A stretch of 64,000 nt of DNA, from assembly GCF_006345805.1 (NCBI RefSeq), contig NC_043010.1, positions 10,540,001-10,604,000 of the forward strand, in the 5' to 3' direction. The position numbers were made by a program, and so were the translations under genes. The notes beneath the pieces were generated by a model. That model worked only from the letters and a program-made list of their open reading frames with translations, was not told the DNA's origin and made no database searches. Below are positions 51,975 through 64,000 of the stretch, one piece after another. Source of the DNA: Octopus sinensis. Taxonomy: Eukaryota. Every line of letters begins with the position of its first letter. Within the stretch, counting starts at the first letter, position 1.

Positions 51975-52510
51975 ATCCACTCTTCTTATTTTGCAGACGG
52001 TTATATAACATTGGTGCTAACATGTCCTGTGTTGTTTCTCTGCTGTCTGTCACATATCATTAGTATCAAAGTATCTTCATTCATTATTCTGGAGTTTGTT
52101 ATATAACATTGCTGCAATCACAACCATCTTTCCTCTTGCAGGGACTTTCATATAACATTGACACTGTTATGAGTTTTTCCTTGTATATTATGATACTGGC
52201 ACTATTTGTATCATTTTAAAGCAATAAACCTCAAGTTTAGAATCACTGTTAAATGACTTTGGTACCAAGAATACCAGTTGTAGAAATGATAAAAATGAAA
52301 TTGAAGATTGTTTCGGTGTTCACAGTAAAAGTTTCTGAAAGTAGAACAAAAGAAAAGGATATAAATGATAAAATTCAAGAATTAGGTAACTATGAATACA
52401 ATGTTAAATGTATTAACTTTAGTGTTCTGATGATGGTCTCAAACATATAGTATTTTCTGACATACAAGTTGACATAATATATAGTGTAAGCATGTAGTAT
52501 AAACATTCAA

Positions 52511-52900
52511 ACATCATCATCATCATCATAATTGTTTAACGTCCGTTTTCCATGCTAGCATGGGTTGGACGGTTCGACAGGGGTCTGGGAAGCCAGGAGG
52601 CTGCACCAGGCTCCAGTCTGATCTGGCAGTGTTTCTACAGCTGGATGCCCTTCCTAACGCCAACCACGCTGCGAATGTAGTGGATACTTTTTACATGCCA
52701 CCGGCACAGGTGCCAGAGGAGGTTGGCAATGGCCACGATCAGTTGGAGCTTTTTATGTGCCACCGGCACAGAAGCCAGTCAAGGTGGCGATGGCATCGAC
52801 CATGTACGGAAGGTGCTTTTTACGTGCCACCAGCACAGGTGCCTGGGGAGGCTGGCAATGGCCATGATCGGTTGGTGCTTTTTACGTGCCACGGTCCATA
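52511..52900 (-). mobile_element. Family C element about 540 bp upstream of the Pcdh ATG
   Basis: Matches family C. Confidence 0.8.
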
Positions 52901-53663
52901 TTCACGTAGAATTTATGGCCCTTCAAAATGATCTTAGTGTATAAGACAACCTACATCTTTTGGCTGTAAATTTTTGTCGGTAAAATTCAACTTGTGTGCT
53001 GGAAAATATGGTATGTTTTCTCTTTATTATAGATAGATGTATGAAATGATAAGTAGTTAAGAAATAATCATTATGGGATTAAGGAAATATTACTGATTAG
53101 TCTACTCAACTTTGCTTCAACAAGTATTTGACAGATTTACACACAAGGAGTTGCCATACAGACAGAATTTGGATGGTATTAGCCTCTTCTATATTTTTCT
53201 TGATGTTTCTACAATAATCCATTCAACTTTCAAGACATTTGAACTACATTCGTATTTCTGTTATTATTTATATAAGTCATTGCCTTCAAGACGATGCCAA
53301 TGGAAATGTTAACTCATTTCTAAAAAGCCCTCAGGACCCATAAGATCGGGTTTCATTTTAAGTTTTAATAACGCTGAATAATTAGAATCAAATTTCTCCC
53401 GTCAACATTTGTAGTCAGGTAAACAGAATAGAATGCTTTTCTTAACAAAAATCTATACCTGCTGTTAGACACAAATTCAAACTTTCCATTCAACTTATAC
53501 AGATGAATTTTATTTTTTATTTATATTTTATCTTATCTAGTTTCAGCTCACGAGCTGTAGCCATGCTGGGGCACATATCAAATTCTGTTTTTATGTTCTG
53601 ATTTGATGTCTCTTTATGGTTTCTGGGCTTTCTAAAAATTTTAGCTATATATCTCCCCCGACA

Positions 53664-53917
53664 TACTCTCTCTTTTACTTGTTTCAGTCATTTGACTGTG
53701 GCCATGCTAGGGCACCGCCTTTAGTCGAGCAAATCGACCCCAGGACTTATTCTTTGGAAGCCTAGTACTTATTCTATCGGTCTCTTTTGCCGAACTGCTA
53801 AGTTACGGGGGACATAAACACACCAGCATCGGTTGTCAAGCGATGTTGGTTGGGGGGACAAACACAGAAACACAAACATATATATACACACACACACACA
53901 CCAGATACACAACATAT

Positions 53918-53976
<59 letters not shown>

Positions 53977-54141
53977 TACGACGGGCTTCTTTCAGTTTCT
54001 GCCTGCCAAATCCAGTCACAAGGCTTTGGTCAGCCCGAAGCTATAGTAGAAGACATTTGCCCAAGGTGCCACGCAGTGGGACTGAACCCGGAACCATGTG
54101 GTTGGTAAGCAAGCTACTTACCACACAGCCACTCCTGTGCC
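53664..54141 (-). mobile_element. SINE family B, full length
   Basis: Matches family B. Confidence 0.85.
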
Positions 54142-54944
54142 TATATTCTTCATCAATTCTGTACATTCTGGGTTCAAATCCTGCCTTGTTATCAACATAC
54201 AGTAACATTTCTGGAAAGAGTCGTGGTTGACAGTTGACATCAGCGGCTTGAAAAAAAACTAAAAGAAACATTCTTTTTTGGAATATTGGATCTTGAAGTA
54301 CATCACATTTGATAGAGTGTGAAGGCATGTGGCTTAGTGGTTAGGGGCATTCAGCTCATAATCTTAAGGTCATGAGTTCAATTCCCTGTGACTCATTGCG
54401 CCGTTAAAAATTCAACCACTTTAACAGTGACAGAATCACCATCCCACTACATCTATATGCTCAAAGCAGTCTGCCAACGTCCCTTCCGTGACAAATCACC
54501 CTGATAAACTATGTGACTACAACTAAACTCAGGCCATGACAGACAGATAGTATGTTCTTGAAGCCAAGGATTTTAAACTTACGGAGACAGTATTTTCATA
54601 TCACCTGAGGAAACACAGCTAGATCTCATAATGCAGGGAAACAGTTGCATAATCAAGTACCTGCACACCCAGAGAAATACATTGCATTGAAACAATTGTA
54701 ATGATTAAAAAATTATGTCCAACTGTACCCCTTCTTGTTGACTTCAATTTCTTCAATTTCCTATTCACACACAAACCTGGAAGTACATATAATACTTCTA
54801 CTGGATGGCACAGGGTAAATCTGAAGGTGGACAAGCTCTATACTGTACTCTACTACGTTCTTAGCAGAATATACCATAACTATATATATGTGTGTGTGTG
54901 TGTGTGTGTATGTGTGTGTGTATGTATATATATATATATATGAT

Positions 54945-55143
54945 AGATCGTTATCTCCTACATGCATTTTTTTCTCTCCTTGTTTCTCTCCTTGTTTCTT
55001 TTCTGTGTATCTTTCTGTTGAAGAGCGTAGGCTCGAAATGTAAAAGACTTTTTCTATTTCTATTCCTGAGCGCTATACTAATACATTTGTTTGTTTGTAC
55101 TCCACCTGCCTTCATCTTTTGTTTATTTTCGTAAACTTTCTCG

Positions 55144-55145
<2 letters not shown>
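54945..55145 (+). mobile_element. Second hammerhead-bearing small element family, in (TA)n
   Basis: Fold at 55010-55047: TCTTT-CTGTTGA-A-GAGC-GTAG-GCTC-GAAAT-GTA-AAAGA. Shares downstream TTCCTGAGCG...TAATAC with family 1. Confidence 0.65.
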
Positions 55146-55179
<34 letters not shown>

Positions 55180-55240
55180 GTATGTATGTGTGTCTGTATA
55201 TATATATATATATGTATGTATGCGTGTATGTGTGTGTATC

Positions 55241-55492
55241 ATTATCATCATCGTTTAACATCAGCTTTCCATGCTGGTTTGGGTTGGATGGTTTGACTGA
55301 GGACTGGCAAGCCAAGAAACTGCATCGGGTTCCAGTCTGATCTTGCAAGGTTTCTATGGCTGGATGCCCTTCCTAATGCCAGCCACTCCAAGAGTGTAGT
55401 GGGTGATTTTTACATGCCACCAGCATGGAGGCCAGTCAGGCGGCACTGGTATTGACCATGCTTGAATGGTGCTTTTTATGAGCCACTGACAT
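55241..55492 (-). mobile_element. Family C element
   Basis: Matches family C. Confidence 0.75.
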
Positions 55493-56786
55493 GTGTATGT
55501 GTGTGTAATTATGTATGTGTGTATATGTATATATATATATGTATATATGATCAGGAGTCAAGAATTGTCTTCCTTGATTTAAGTGAGCCCTTTTTAACTT
55601 TCTGCTAGTACTCCTTTCAGTGTAGTTGCTTTAGAATATAGTAGCCTTCATTATCACATGGGAATCCAGACTACCCTTTTTCAATAAGTAAAAAAAAAAT
55701 TACTGATCAGAAAAAAATCTTACCATAAAAACATTGATAGGGAGAGGCATAGGTGTGAGAAATAGAGAAAGAATGTGAGAAATAAAAAACATATTTGAAG
55801 CTTAAAGGAAAAAAAAAAAATCAACTGATATGTTTTCTAATTTTAACACCAATGTTCATATAAAAGGGAGGCAGAATAGAATTGATCACTTTTATGTAAA
55901 AATATTTTTGAAGAGCAAAAATAAAAAAATTTTGAATCATATATGTATAATGAACTAAAATGTAGTTACAAAATGTCGACAAAGCTGAGCCAATCAATAT
56001 TCTAAATAACATTGAAATGTTGAAGAAAGTTTTGTGAAAAGAAAATTATTAACTCCATAACAGATACATTTTTCTGACATTTTGAAGTATGAAATAAAAA
56101 TAATGAGCTATAAATATATGAATGAAGAAATGTCACCAGTCATAGACAAGCTTTGATTGGGTTTGAGAGGTAAATGGATTTTTACTTATAGTTGTATGAG
56201 TGGGAAATCCTCTGAGACAGATGGAAGCAGGTGGTTATGTGGGATGTGTTTAGATAACTTACAATTTGAAATTTGGAGTATATATATTTGTATGGAAGGC
56301 AATGGAAACCTAAAGTGAAGCGGTCGTCGGAAGGAAAGTGGGTGTAATTTGTCGTATCCAGGCCACTGGAGACAGGTATCCACATGATGTGATGAAAGGT
56401 AAAGTTGTTCATAGTTTTGTAAAGTGATTAGCAACACATATGTGGAAGTACATGGCTCAGTGGTTAGAGCATCAAGCTTACAGTCATGAGGTAGTGAGTT
56501 TGATTACCGGACCAAGTTGTGTGTTGTGTTCTTCAGTAAGACACTTTATTTTCACATTACTGAGTTCAAATTCCACTGAGGTCGACTGTGGGTGTAATTT
56601 GTCTTCATTCTTTCAGAATTGATAAATTAATTACTGAAGTCGATGTAATCAACTAGTCTCTCCCCACAAAATTCCAGGCCTCGTGCCTTTATTAGAAAGG
56701 ATATTGATACTGCTTCTGTTGTAATTACTTTTTAAGAAGCCCACTGACCTGAATAGGCACTGTGATTCTAAATATTGTGGACTAGT

Positions 56787-57095
56787 GGAGGCACATGGCC
56801 TAGTGGTTAGAGCAGCAGACTCGCGGTTGAGGGATTGTAAGTTCGAATCTCAGATTGGGCGATGTGTGTGTGTTTATGAGCGAAACACCTAAGCTCCACG
56901 TGGCTCCAGCAGAAGGTAATGGTGAAACTTCTGCTGACTCTTCTGCCAAAACTTTCTCTCACTCTTTCCTCCTGCATCTTGCAGCTCACCTGCGATGGAC
57001 CAGCGTCCTGTCAAGGTGGGGAACCTATACACCAAGAAACTAAGAAACCGGCCCTTATGAGCCAGGCATGGCTCGAGAAGGAACAAACAAACAAA
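56787..57095 (+). mobile_element. SINE family A, tail A3 (V-domain-like)
   Basis: 14-bp TSD AAATATTGTGGACT at 56770-56783 and 57096-57109; contains CCTGCGATGGACCAGCGTCCTGTC. Confidence 0.85.
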
Positions 57096-57889
57096 AAATA
57101 TTGTGGACTGAAGATTCAGCTGTTATTGCGTTGTTTGACTTCTGTGACGTAGGAACTTATAGCAGGGGCTAAAATCACATGATCTGATAGTTCTGGTGGT
57201 CATAGCAGATGATTCTCGACTCTCGTCTGTCAATGACATAATACCACGTGCTTTTATCCACCACAAGTCTATATGACAGGTTCTCTCAATGTAAATAAGG
57301 CAGTATTCTGTGTTCTAACACAACGTCCACATTACAGTGATGAAATAGATTACCTTTTGGTTTTAATACTGCTTTTGTTGCTTTTAAATATATATCTCTA
57401 AATCTATGTGTGTGTCATTTTGTACCTGTGTTTGCCCCTACCCCACCATCACCAGCACCACCACTTGACAACCGGTGTTGCTTTGTTTACATCCCCATAA
57501 CTTAGCAGTTTGGCAAAAGAGACTAATAGAACCTGTATTAGGCTTTATAAAATAATATAAGTACAAGGGTTGATCCATTTGACTAAAATTCTTCAAGGTG
57601 GTATCCTAGAATGGCCACAGTCTAATGACAAAAACAGGTAAGCTATGAAAAACTAAATAAAATTTTGCATCGCAGAGCCAGTAATAGTCTTAGGTTGACT
57701 GGTACCAAAAAGAGTTAAATTCAGATCTTGTCAATAAGGTAAACAATGATCCACTACATGTGATGCGATGTAAAGTTGTATGTAACATAGTTTGTTAAGA
57801 ACTTATTCTCAATCAGTAAATATGATTGGAAGCTTAAGCAAGTGTCTACTGCAATAACATCATCAGAAAGAAGCAATGGTTGATGATAA

Positions 57890-58173
57890 CATCATCATCA
57901 TCATCATCATCGTTGGACTGGCTCTTGTGCAGGTGGCCTATAATAAAACACCATTTGAGCATGGCCATCGCCAGAACCACCTGACTGGCCCTCGTGCTGG
58001 TGGCATGTAAAAGCACCCACTACACTCTCGGAGTGGTTGGCATAAGGAAGGGCATCCAGCTGTCGAAACTCTGCCAGATCAGATTGGAGCCTGGTGCAGC
58101 CATCTGACTCGCCAGTCCTCAGTCAAACCGTCCAACCCATGCCAGCATGGAAAGCGGACATTAAACGATGATG
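57890..58173 (+). mobile_element. Family C element
   Basis: Matches family C. Confidence 0.8.
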
Positions 58174-58979
58174 TCAGCTGGAGCAGATCACTACTATCTC
58201 TAATGGATGGGTGTCCACCACTGAGGATGAGCACAAATAGCTCAAAATCATAAGGTCAGGTAGTCCCGTATTCTGCTAGTAGATGATAAGGGTTTGCTTC
58301 CCTGCTTGCAATATATATTGGGTGCAGATTGCATCATTAACCAGCTGGAGGAAGCTCCTCCTGGGGTTAAAAATGGTAATAACTTTGGTTCCTACAGAAC
58401 AGCCATATTGAAGATGAAATAAATATCAGATTGAAATAGGAACTGGAGCTGAGATCATCAAGGAAAACTGTTGAAAGAAGTGCCCCAGCATGGCTGCAGT
58501 TCAATGACTAAGACGTGATATTCAATTAAAGGCCGGACACATTGTGGTGTGCACCTATTATTTTTCTCCTTCTCTAACACATGCTTATTGATAATGTACA
58601 ATATTATAACTAACTGTTTAATGCGGGGGAAGAGTAAATGCCCCATAACTATATTTTCAATTTAATGCAGACTGAAAAATGATTAATAGCCTAAAACATT
58701 GCTCTGTTGCAGTTTATAGTAGCATGACTGAAAGCACATCGCTTTAGCAGCAACCAACTAACAAAGTTGTGAAAATGTCAGAGAAGATACCTTGTAGTAT
58801 CAGCTTTAGTTCTTTGTCTTCTGAGTTCAAATTCCACCCAGGGATTCAAATCATACTGATGATCACTAGACGACATTTGATTATGAAACTGATTTTCAAG
58901 CCAACACATAGACACACACAAATATATGTATATGTATGTGAGCATGTGTATATATGTATGTATATATGTATATATGTGT

Positions 58980-59275
58980 GGAGGCGCAATGGCCTATTGG
59001 TTAGGGCAGCGGACTAGCGGTTTCGATTCCCAGACCAGGCGTTGTGTGTGTTTATTGAGCGAAAACACCTAAAATGCTCCACGAGGCTCCGGCAGGGGAT
59101 GGTGGTGATCCCTGCTGTACTCTTTCACCACTCTTTCTCCCACTCTTTCTTCTGTTGGCCTGATCGCTTGGCCAGTGGGGTGGCGTCATTCGAAGGTTAA
59201 AACAATGTGAACGCATTGTGACCAGCGATGTGTAACAACATCTGATGGTCTGGTCGGTCACGTGATCACGTGATA
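58980..59275 (+). mobile_element. SINE family A, tail A2
   Basis: Family A head; ends TCACGTGATCACGTGA. Confidence 0.88.
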
Positions 59276-59289
59276 TGTATATATGTATA

Positions 59290-59470
59290 CATCATCATCA
59301 TCATCATTGTTTAACGTCCGTTTTCCATGCTAGCATGGGTTGGACGGTTCAACCGAGATCTGGGAAGCCAGAAGGCTGCACCAGGCTCCAGTCTGATCTC
59401 GCAGTATTTCTACAGCTGGATGCCCTTCCTAACGCCAACCACTCCGTGACTGTAGTGGGTGCTTTTTATA
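59290..59470 (-). mobile_element. Family C element, 3' part
   Basis: Matches family C. Confidence 0.8.
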
Positions 59471-59735
59471 CATATTGTGGAAATTGTGTTTTGTAAGCGA
59501 CAGACCACGCTGATGATCTTTCAGATGTCTGTGTGTTTATATACGTAGATATCAACAAGTGAAACCAATGGTTCGTAGGTAATCGTTTTTATTTCGTATG
59601 TTTTCATTTGCCTTGCTCATTTTCACATTCTGGCGTTTTACTGAGATGTTTTTCTTGAAAACACATTCTTCGTGGTAATGGCGATTTGACGTCTATGTTT
59701 AGCATATAGGGCGTCCACTTTATTGGTCATTCCTC

Positions 59736-59742
<7 letters not shown>
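59470..59742 (+). mobile_element. Penelope-pLTR-like remnant with a canonical-core hammerhead fold (59504-59580)
   Basis: ACCACG-CTGATGA...GAAACCAATGGT-T-CGTAGGT, followed by T-rich sequence abutting (TA)n. Confidence 0.55.
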
Positions 59743-59787
<45 letters not shown>

Positions 59788-59788
<1 letters not shown>

Positions 59789-59984
59789 ACCGCGTGTGTC
59801 CCGTTGGCAATTTTTTTCCTCCGTCTTCCCTTCTTTGGATCTTTCCTTTTCCTATGTTTCTGACAAAGAGCTCCACTCGAAACGTTAAACCCTCCTTCTT
59901 TCCTGAGCGTCCCATAATACTATACGTGTTCCACATCCTCGTATTGTTGTGTTTTCTCTTTGTGTTTTCATGTTTGGATTAACT
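59788..59984 (+). mobile_element. Hammerhead-bearing small element (family of 36211), monomer in (TA)n
   Basis: Fold at 59856-59890: GTTT-CTGACAA-A-GAGC-TCC-ACTC-GAAAC-GTT-AAAC. Confidence 0.7.
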
Positions 59985-60192
59985 ATATATATATGCGTAT
60001 ACTCTGTTATATACTGTGTATATATGCATATACTGTGTTACTATAAAGTGAGTGATTTCTTTTGTACCATCATATTTTGAGCTGTCTTAAGTAAAGATGG
60101 CATATAAGAGTTGATCTCTTCTTTCTCTTTTGCCTAATGATCTGAAATGTGTGTTTTAAATGCATTTAAGATATCGATATTTGGGTTTTTCT

Positions 60193-60225
<33 letters not shown>

Positions 60226-60336
60226 GTATATTTGTTCACATTATAATAATTATTGTTCATATACTATTATTTTTGTTAGAATTATTTTATATATATACTA
60301 GTTTAAAAGTCTGCATATACTTTTAAGCTAGTATAT

Positions 60337-60631
60337 GCCCCAGTGGTTAGGGCAGCAGACTCGTGGTCGTAGGATCGCGGTTTCGATTCCCAGACCGGGC
60401 ATTGTGAGTGTTTATTGAGCGAAAACACCTAAAAGCTCCACGAGGCTCCGGCAGGGGGTGGTGATCCCTGCTGTACTCTTTCACCCCTCTTTCTCCAATT
60501 CTTTCTTCTGTTGGCCTGCTCACTTAGCCAGCGGGGTGGCGTCATTCGAAGGCTAAAACAATGCGAACGCATTGTGACCAGCGATGTGTAACTACATCTG
60601 ATGGACTAGTCGGTCACGTGATCACGTGATA
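60337..60631 (+). mobile_element. SINE family A, tail A2, slightly 5'-truncated
   Basis: Matches 58980-59275. Confidence 0.88.
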
Positions 60632-61178
60632 TATACATATATATATAAAGTCTGTGCAGACTTTTAAGCTAGCTCCTGCTGAGAGATAATTGGGCCTGCA
60701 GCCCAGAACTAAAGAGAGCTAAATAGCATGACAACAATATATCTAGAATGACTATATGCTTCGGTGGTGTTTGATCAGAGCTTAAGGACTGATGAGAATT
60801 AATTTTGTTATGCAATGATGCTATTGTTCTATTCCTAAGTTGAATTCCAGCTGTTGGCCAATTTGTCCCAATGTTCTTATCTCAACGTAAATTTAATGAA
60901 GCGAATATCATTTATCTGCCCCTTGATCTCTGATGTCATCTGAGAAATACCAACCAAGATGGCGTGAATCGGCTAAGCCTTACCTGCAAGATATGGCAGC
61001 TCAAATGCTTCTTAATCAGATCACATTGCTGGATGTTCAAGAACCAAATGAAAGACATATTCTCAATTCCATGATCATCCTGATTCCAGAAAGGATAATA
61101 TTTCTATATAGAGCAAAAGTAGACTGAGAGATACAGGGGTCCCAAAGGGACAGACAGAATTTTGCTTTTACTATTATT

Positions 61179-61233
<55 letters not shown>

Positions 61234-61433
61234 AACATATTTTTAATATCTTATCCTTTACTTGTTTCAGTCATTAGACTGTGGCTATGCTGGGGCACTG
61301 CCTTTAAGAATTATATATATATATAATATATATATATATAATATATATATATATACACAACATATTTTTAATATCTTATCCTTTACTTGTTTCAGTCATT
61401 AGACTGTGGCTATGCTGGGGCACTGCCTTTAAG

Positions 61434-61470
<37 letters not shown>

Positions 61471-61474
<4 letters not shown>

Positions 61475-62164
61475 CCGCAGAATGTGTTCCTGGATTCTCA
61501 GAACCTTCCAGTCGAGAGATTCCCACACTATTATCCTTCTCTTCTCCACTTTTGCCCGACTCCACCTTGAATAATGCTGTCCACTGTGGTCTCCCTACAC
61601 AAAACAAAATATTATGAGAATTGAAGCTCCCCAAAGGTCAATCATAAAAAAGATAGATGGCATGTCAGACCTTGACTACTGAGGTAGACTAGAGAAGCTG
61701 AAACTGTATTCACTCCAACGACGCCATGAACGCTACATTATCTGTATGATGTGGAAAATATTCCATCAGCACTGTCCGAATGATGTTGGCATCACCTTCA
61801 AAATACATCCAAGGCTTGGACCACATGCCATCCGCCCACAACAGAAATCTAAATCACATCACATAACGACAATACGGCACAACTATTTCACCTCAATTGG
61901 ACCCGCTCTCTTCAACATTACACCAGGACACGTCAAAAAAGAAACTGACCACACAAAATTCAAGAAGTATTTGGACAAATTCCTTCAAACAGTCCCGGAC
62001 AAACCACACACACCCGGATATGTCTCCGCAAACAATAACTCTCTGCTCGAATGGGCCTTGGTGCCCAAATCCTGAATTGAAAGACTTCGCCAGGTGGTGC
62101 TATTAAGTTAGACATGGCCTGGGCCAATACTGGCCAAAACCTTTCTAAGTTATTCTAAGTTAAG

Positions 62165-62165
<1 letters not shown>
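61471..62165 (+). pseudogene. CR1-type LINE 3' end, 5'-truncated, in (TA)n
   Basis: WILRTFQSR...LHLE*CCPLWSPY...RLEKLKLYSLQRRHERY..MMWKIFH...FKKYLDKFLQTVPDKP; ends in short TAAGT-type repeats. Confidence 0.85.
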
Positions 62166-62197
<32 letters not shown>

Positions 62198-62555
62198 AGA
62201 GTGGCTATGTGGTAAGTAGCTTGCTTATGAACAACATGGTTCCAGGTTCAGTCCCACTGCATGGCACCTTGGGCAAGTGTCTTCTACTATAGCCTCAGTC
62301 CGGCCAAAGCCTTGTGAATGGATTTGGTAGAGAGAAACTGAAAGAAGCCCATTGTATATATGTATATATATATATATAATGTATGTATGCATGTTTTTAT
62401 GTGTTTGTGTATATGTTTGAGTATCTGTGTTTGTCCTTCCAACATCGCTTGATTACGGATGCTGGTGTGTTTACGTCCCCATAACTTAGTGGTTCAGCAA
62501 AAGACACTGATGGAATAAGTACTAGGCTTACAAAGAATAGATCCTGGGGTCGATT
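62198..62555 (+). mobile_element. SINE family B, lacking its tail
   Basis: Matches family B. Confidence 0.8.
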
Positions 62556-63342
62556 TGACCTACTAAAACCTCATAAGAGAAAAAATCTGAAAATTTTTTC
62601 ACTTGAAAATATTTATTTATATTATATAGAGGGCATTATTACACATAAATGCCACACGCTAGGAGGCACTTTTAAAGTCATAACTACCAAAACTAAACAA
62701 ATTGTACCGAATGCAGCTCTCGAAGCAAGACATTTAAAAACAGAATTATATTTATATACACATACATATATACACTGAGTAGATGGGAAAGAGAGAACAT
62801 CAGACAAATAGAGGTAAATAGATATTTGCACTTCCTGATACACACACAAAAAAGAGGAACTCTGCAAATAATACGTTAAATGCATTTGATTATGAAAGGA
62901 AGACTGTGGCTGTCTACAGCAATCAGTTGAAAGCTGACGAATGCAATGCCTCATTGTGGCGGATCTTGTGTCTGATAGATTTCAGGTAGAATGAATGGCC
63001 AGCTGTGCATTACCCACCCTATCCAGATTTCCAGCAGGACCTTGATTTAATGGTTAGAGATTATTATCCATAATGATTGGAGTGACAATGAACCTGATGT
63101 CCATTACTGGAATTGTGATGCTGACAAATCAAGTCCAGTAGGTGTTTTTTTTTTTTTTTTTTTATAAACCTGGTATTTATTCTATTAGTCTCTTTTACTA
63201 AACTGTTAAGTTAGAGACATGTAAAAGAATTGACTCTGGTTGTTAAGAGGAGGTGTGAGGAACAAACATGACAGGCACTACAGATTGAAGCACAATTATT
63301 TATACTCATTGACAAAATAATACCATACATACATGCTTATAT

Positions 63343-63610
<268 letters not shown>

Positions 63611-63935
63611 TAAGCAGATGCTCTATGGAGAACTTGTGAATGGAAGGAGACTCCGGCAGAAACCAAGGCTGCGATTTAAGGACTGTGTCAAGTCCTCATT
63701 AAAGGCCTGTGATATGCAGGACACTGACTGGGAGAACAATGCCTGTCATCGCCACAGATGGAGGAAGCAGGTTAAGTAGAGGATCGACACTTTAAGAGAG
63801 CACGTATCCAGCATGAAGAACTTAAGTGAGCTGCGCGAAAGCGCACGGCTTGTATAGTGAATGGGGAAAGCTTGGTCTGCAATGTTCCTGAAGGTCGGGA
63901 ATGGTCATCCTCGGTCACAAGTGGACGGCCATCAT
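63611..63935 (+). pseudogene. RTE(BovB-like) LINE 3' end
   Basis: [44 protein letters not shown]. Confidence 0.85.
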
Positions 63936-64000
63936 ATATATATATATATTATATATATATATATGTATATATATGTATGTATATATATATATGTATCGTT

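Noticed and set aside
51981-52141. Plus-strand splice-acceptor-like sites (TTTTGCAG at 51989-51996, CTCTTGCAG at 52133-52141) suggesting antisense transcription at the Pcdh promoter
   Set aside because: Such short motifs are common in AT-rich DNA; there is no other support.
62950-63145. Short coding-looking stretch (NDWSDNEPDVHYWNCD...) on the plus strand
   Set aside because: Needs a frameshift or a weak acceptor, and shows no recognisable homology.

Overview
A 64-kb window of animal (eukaryotic) DNA, almost certainly an octopus or other coleoid cephalopod. This assignment is an inference from the protocadherin style, the tRNA-SINE families and the extreme microsatellite load. Only one host protein-coding exon is supportable: a large minus-strand protocadherin exon (ATG 51974) encoding a signal peptide, 6 cadherin repeats, a TM helix and the start of the cytoplasmic tail. 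It has a likely CAG|GTAAAT donor at 49590/49589; no downstream exon could be identified. The rest is repeats: five tRNA-headed or RTE-type SINE-like families (labelled A-E here, several with clean TSDs), RTE and CR1 LINE fragments, a head-to-tail Helitron dimer, TTAA- and TA-flanked MITEs, a TIR element carrying telomere-like repeats, and many micro/minisatellites. Nearly all ORFs in the supplied track are artefacts of these repeats. The most interesting unexplained signal is a set of minimal type I hammerhead-ribozyme folds in several unrelated small repeat families, with co-varying stems I and II and a palindromic stem III. It includes a tandem pair 152 nt apart (retrozyme-like) and one fused behind a Pol III tRNA head. 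Almost every copy has at least one non-canonical core base, so activity is untested. Family labels, folds and coordinates were read by eye; repeat boundaries without TSDs are approximate.
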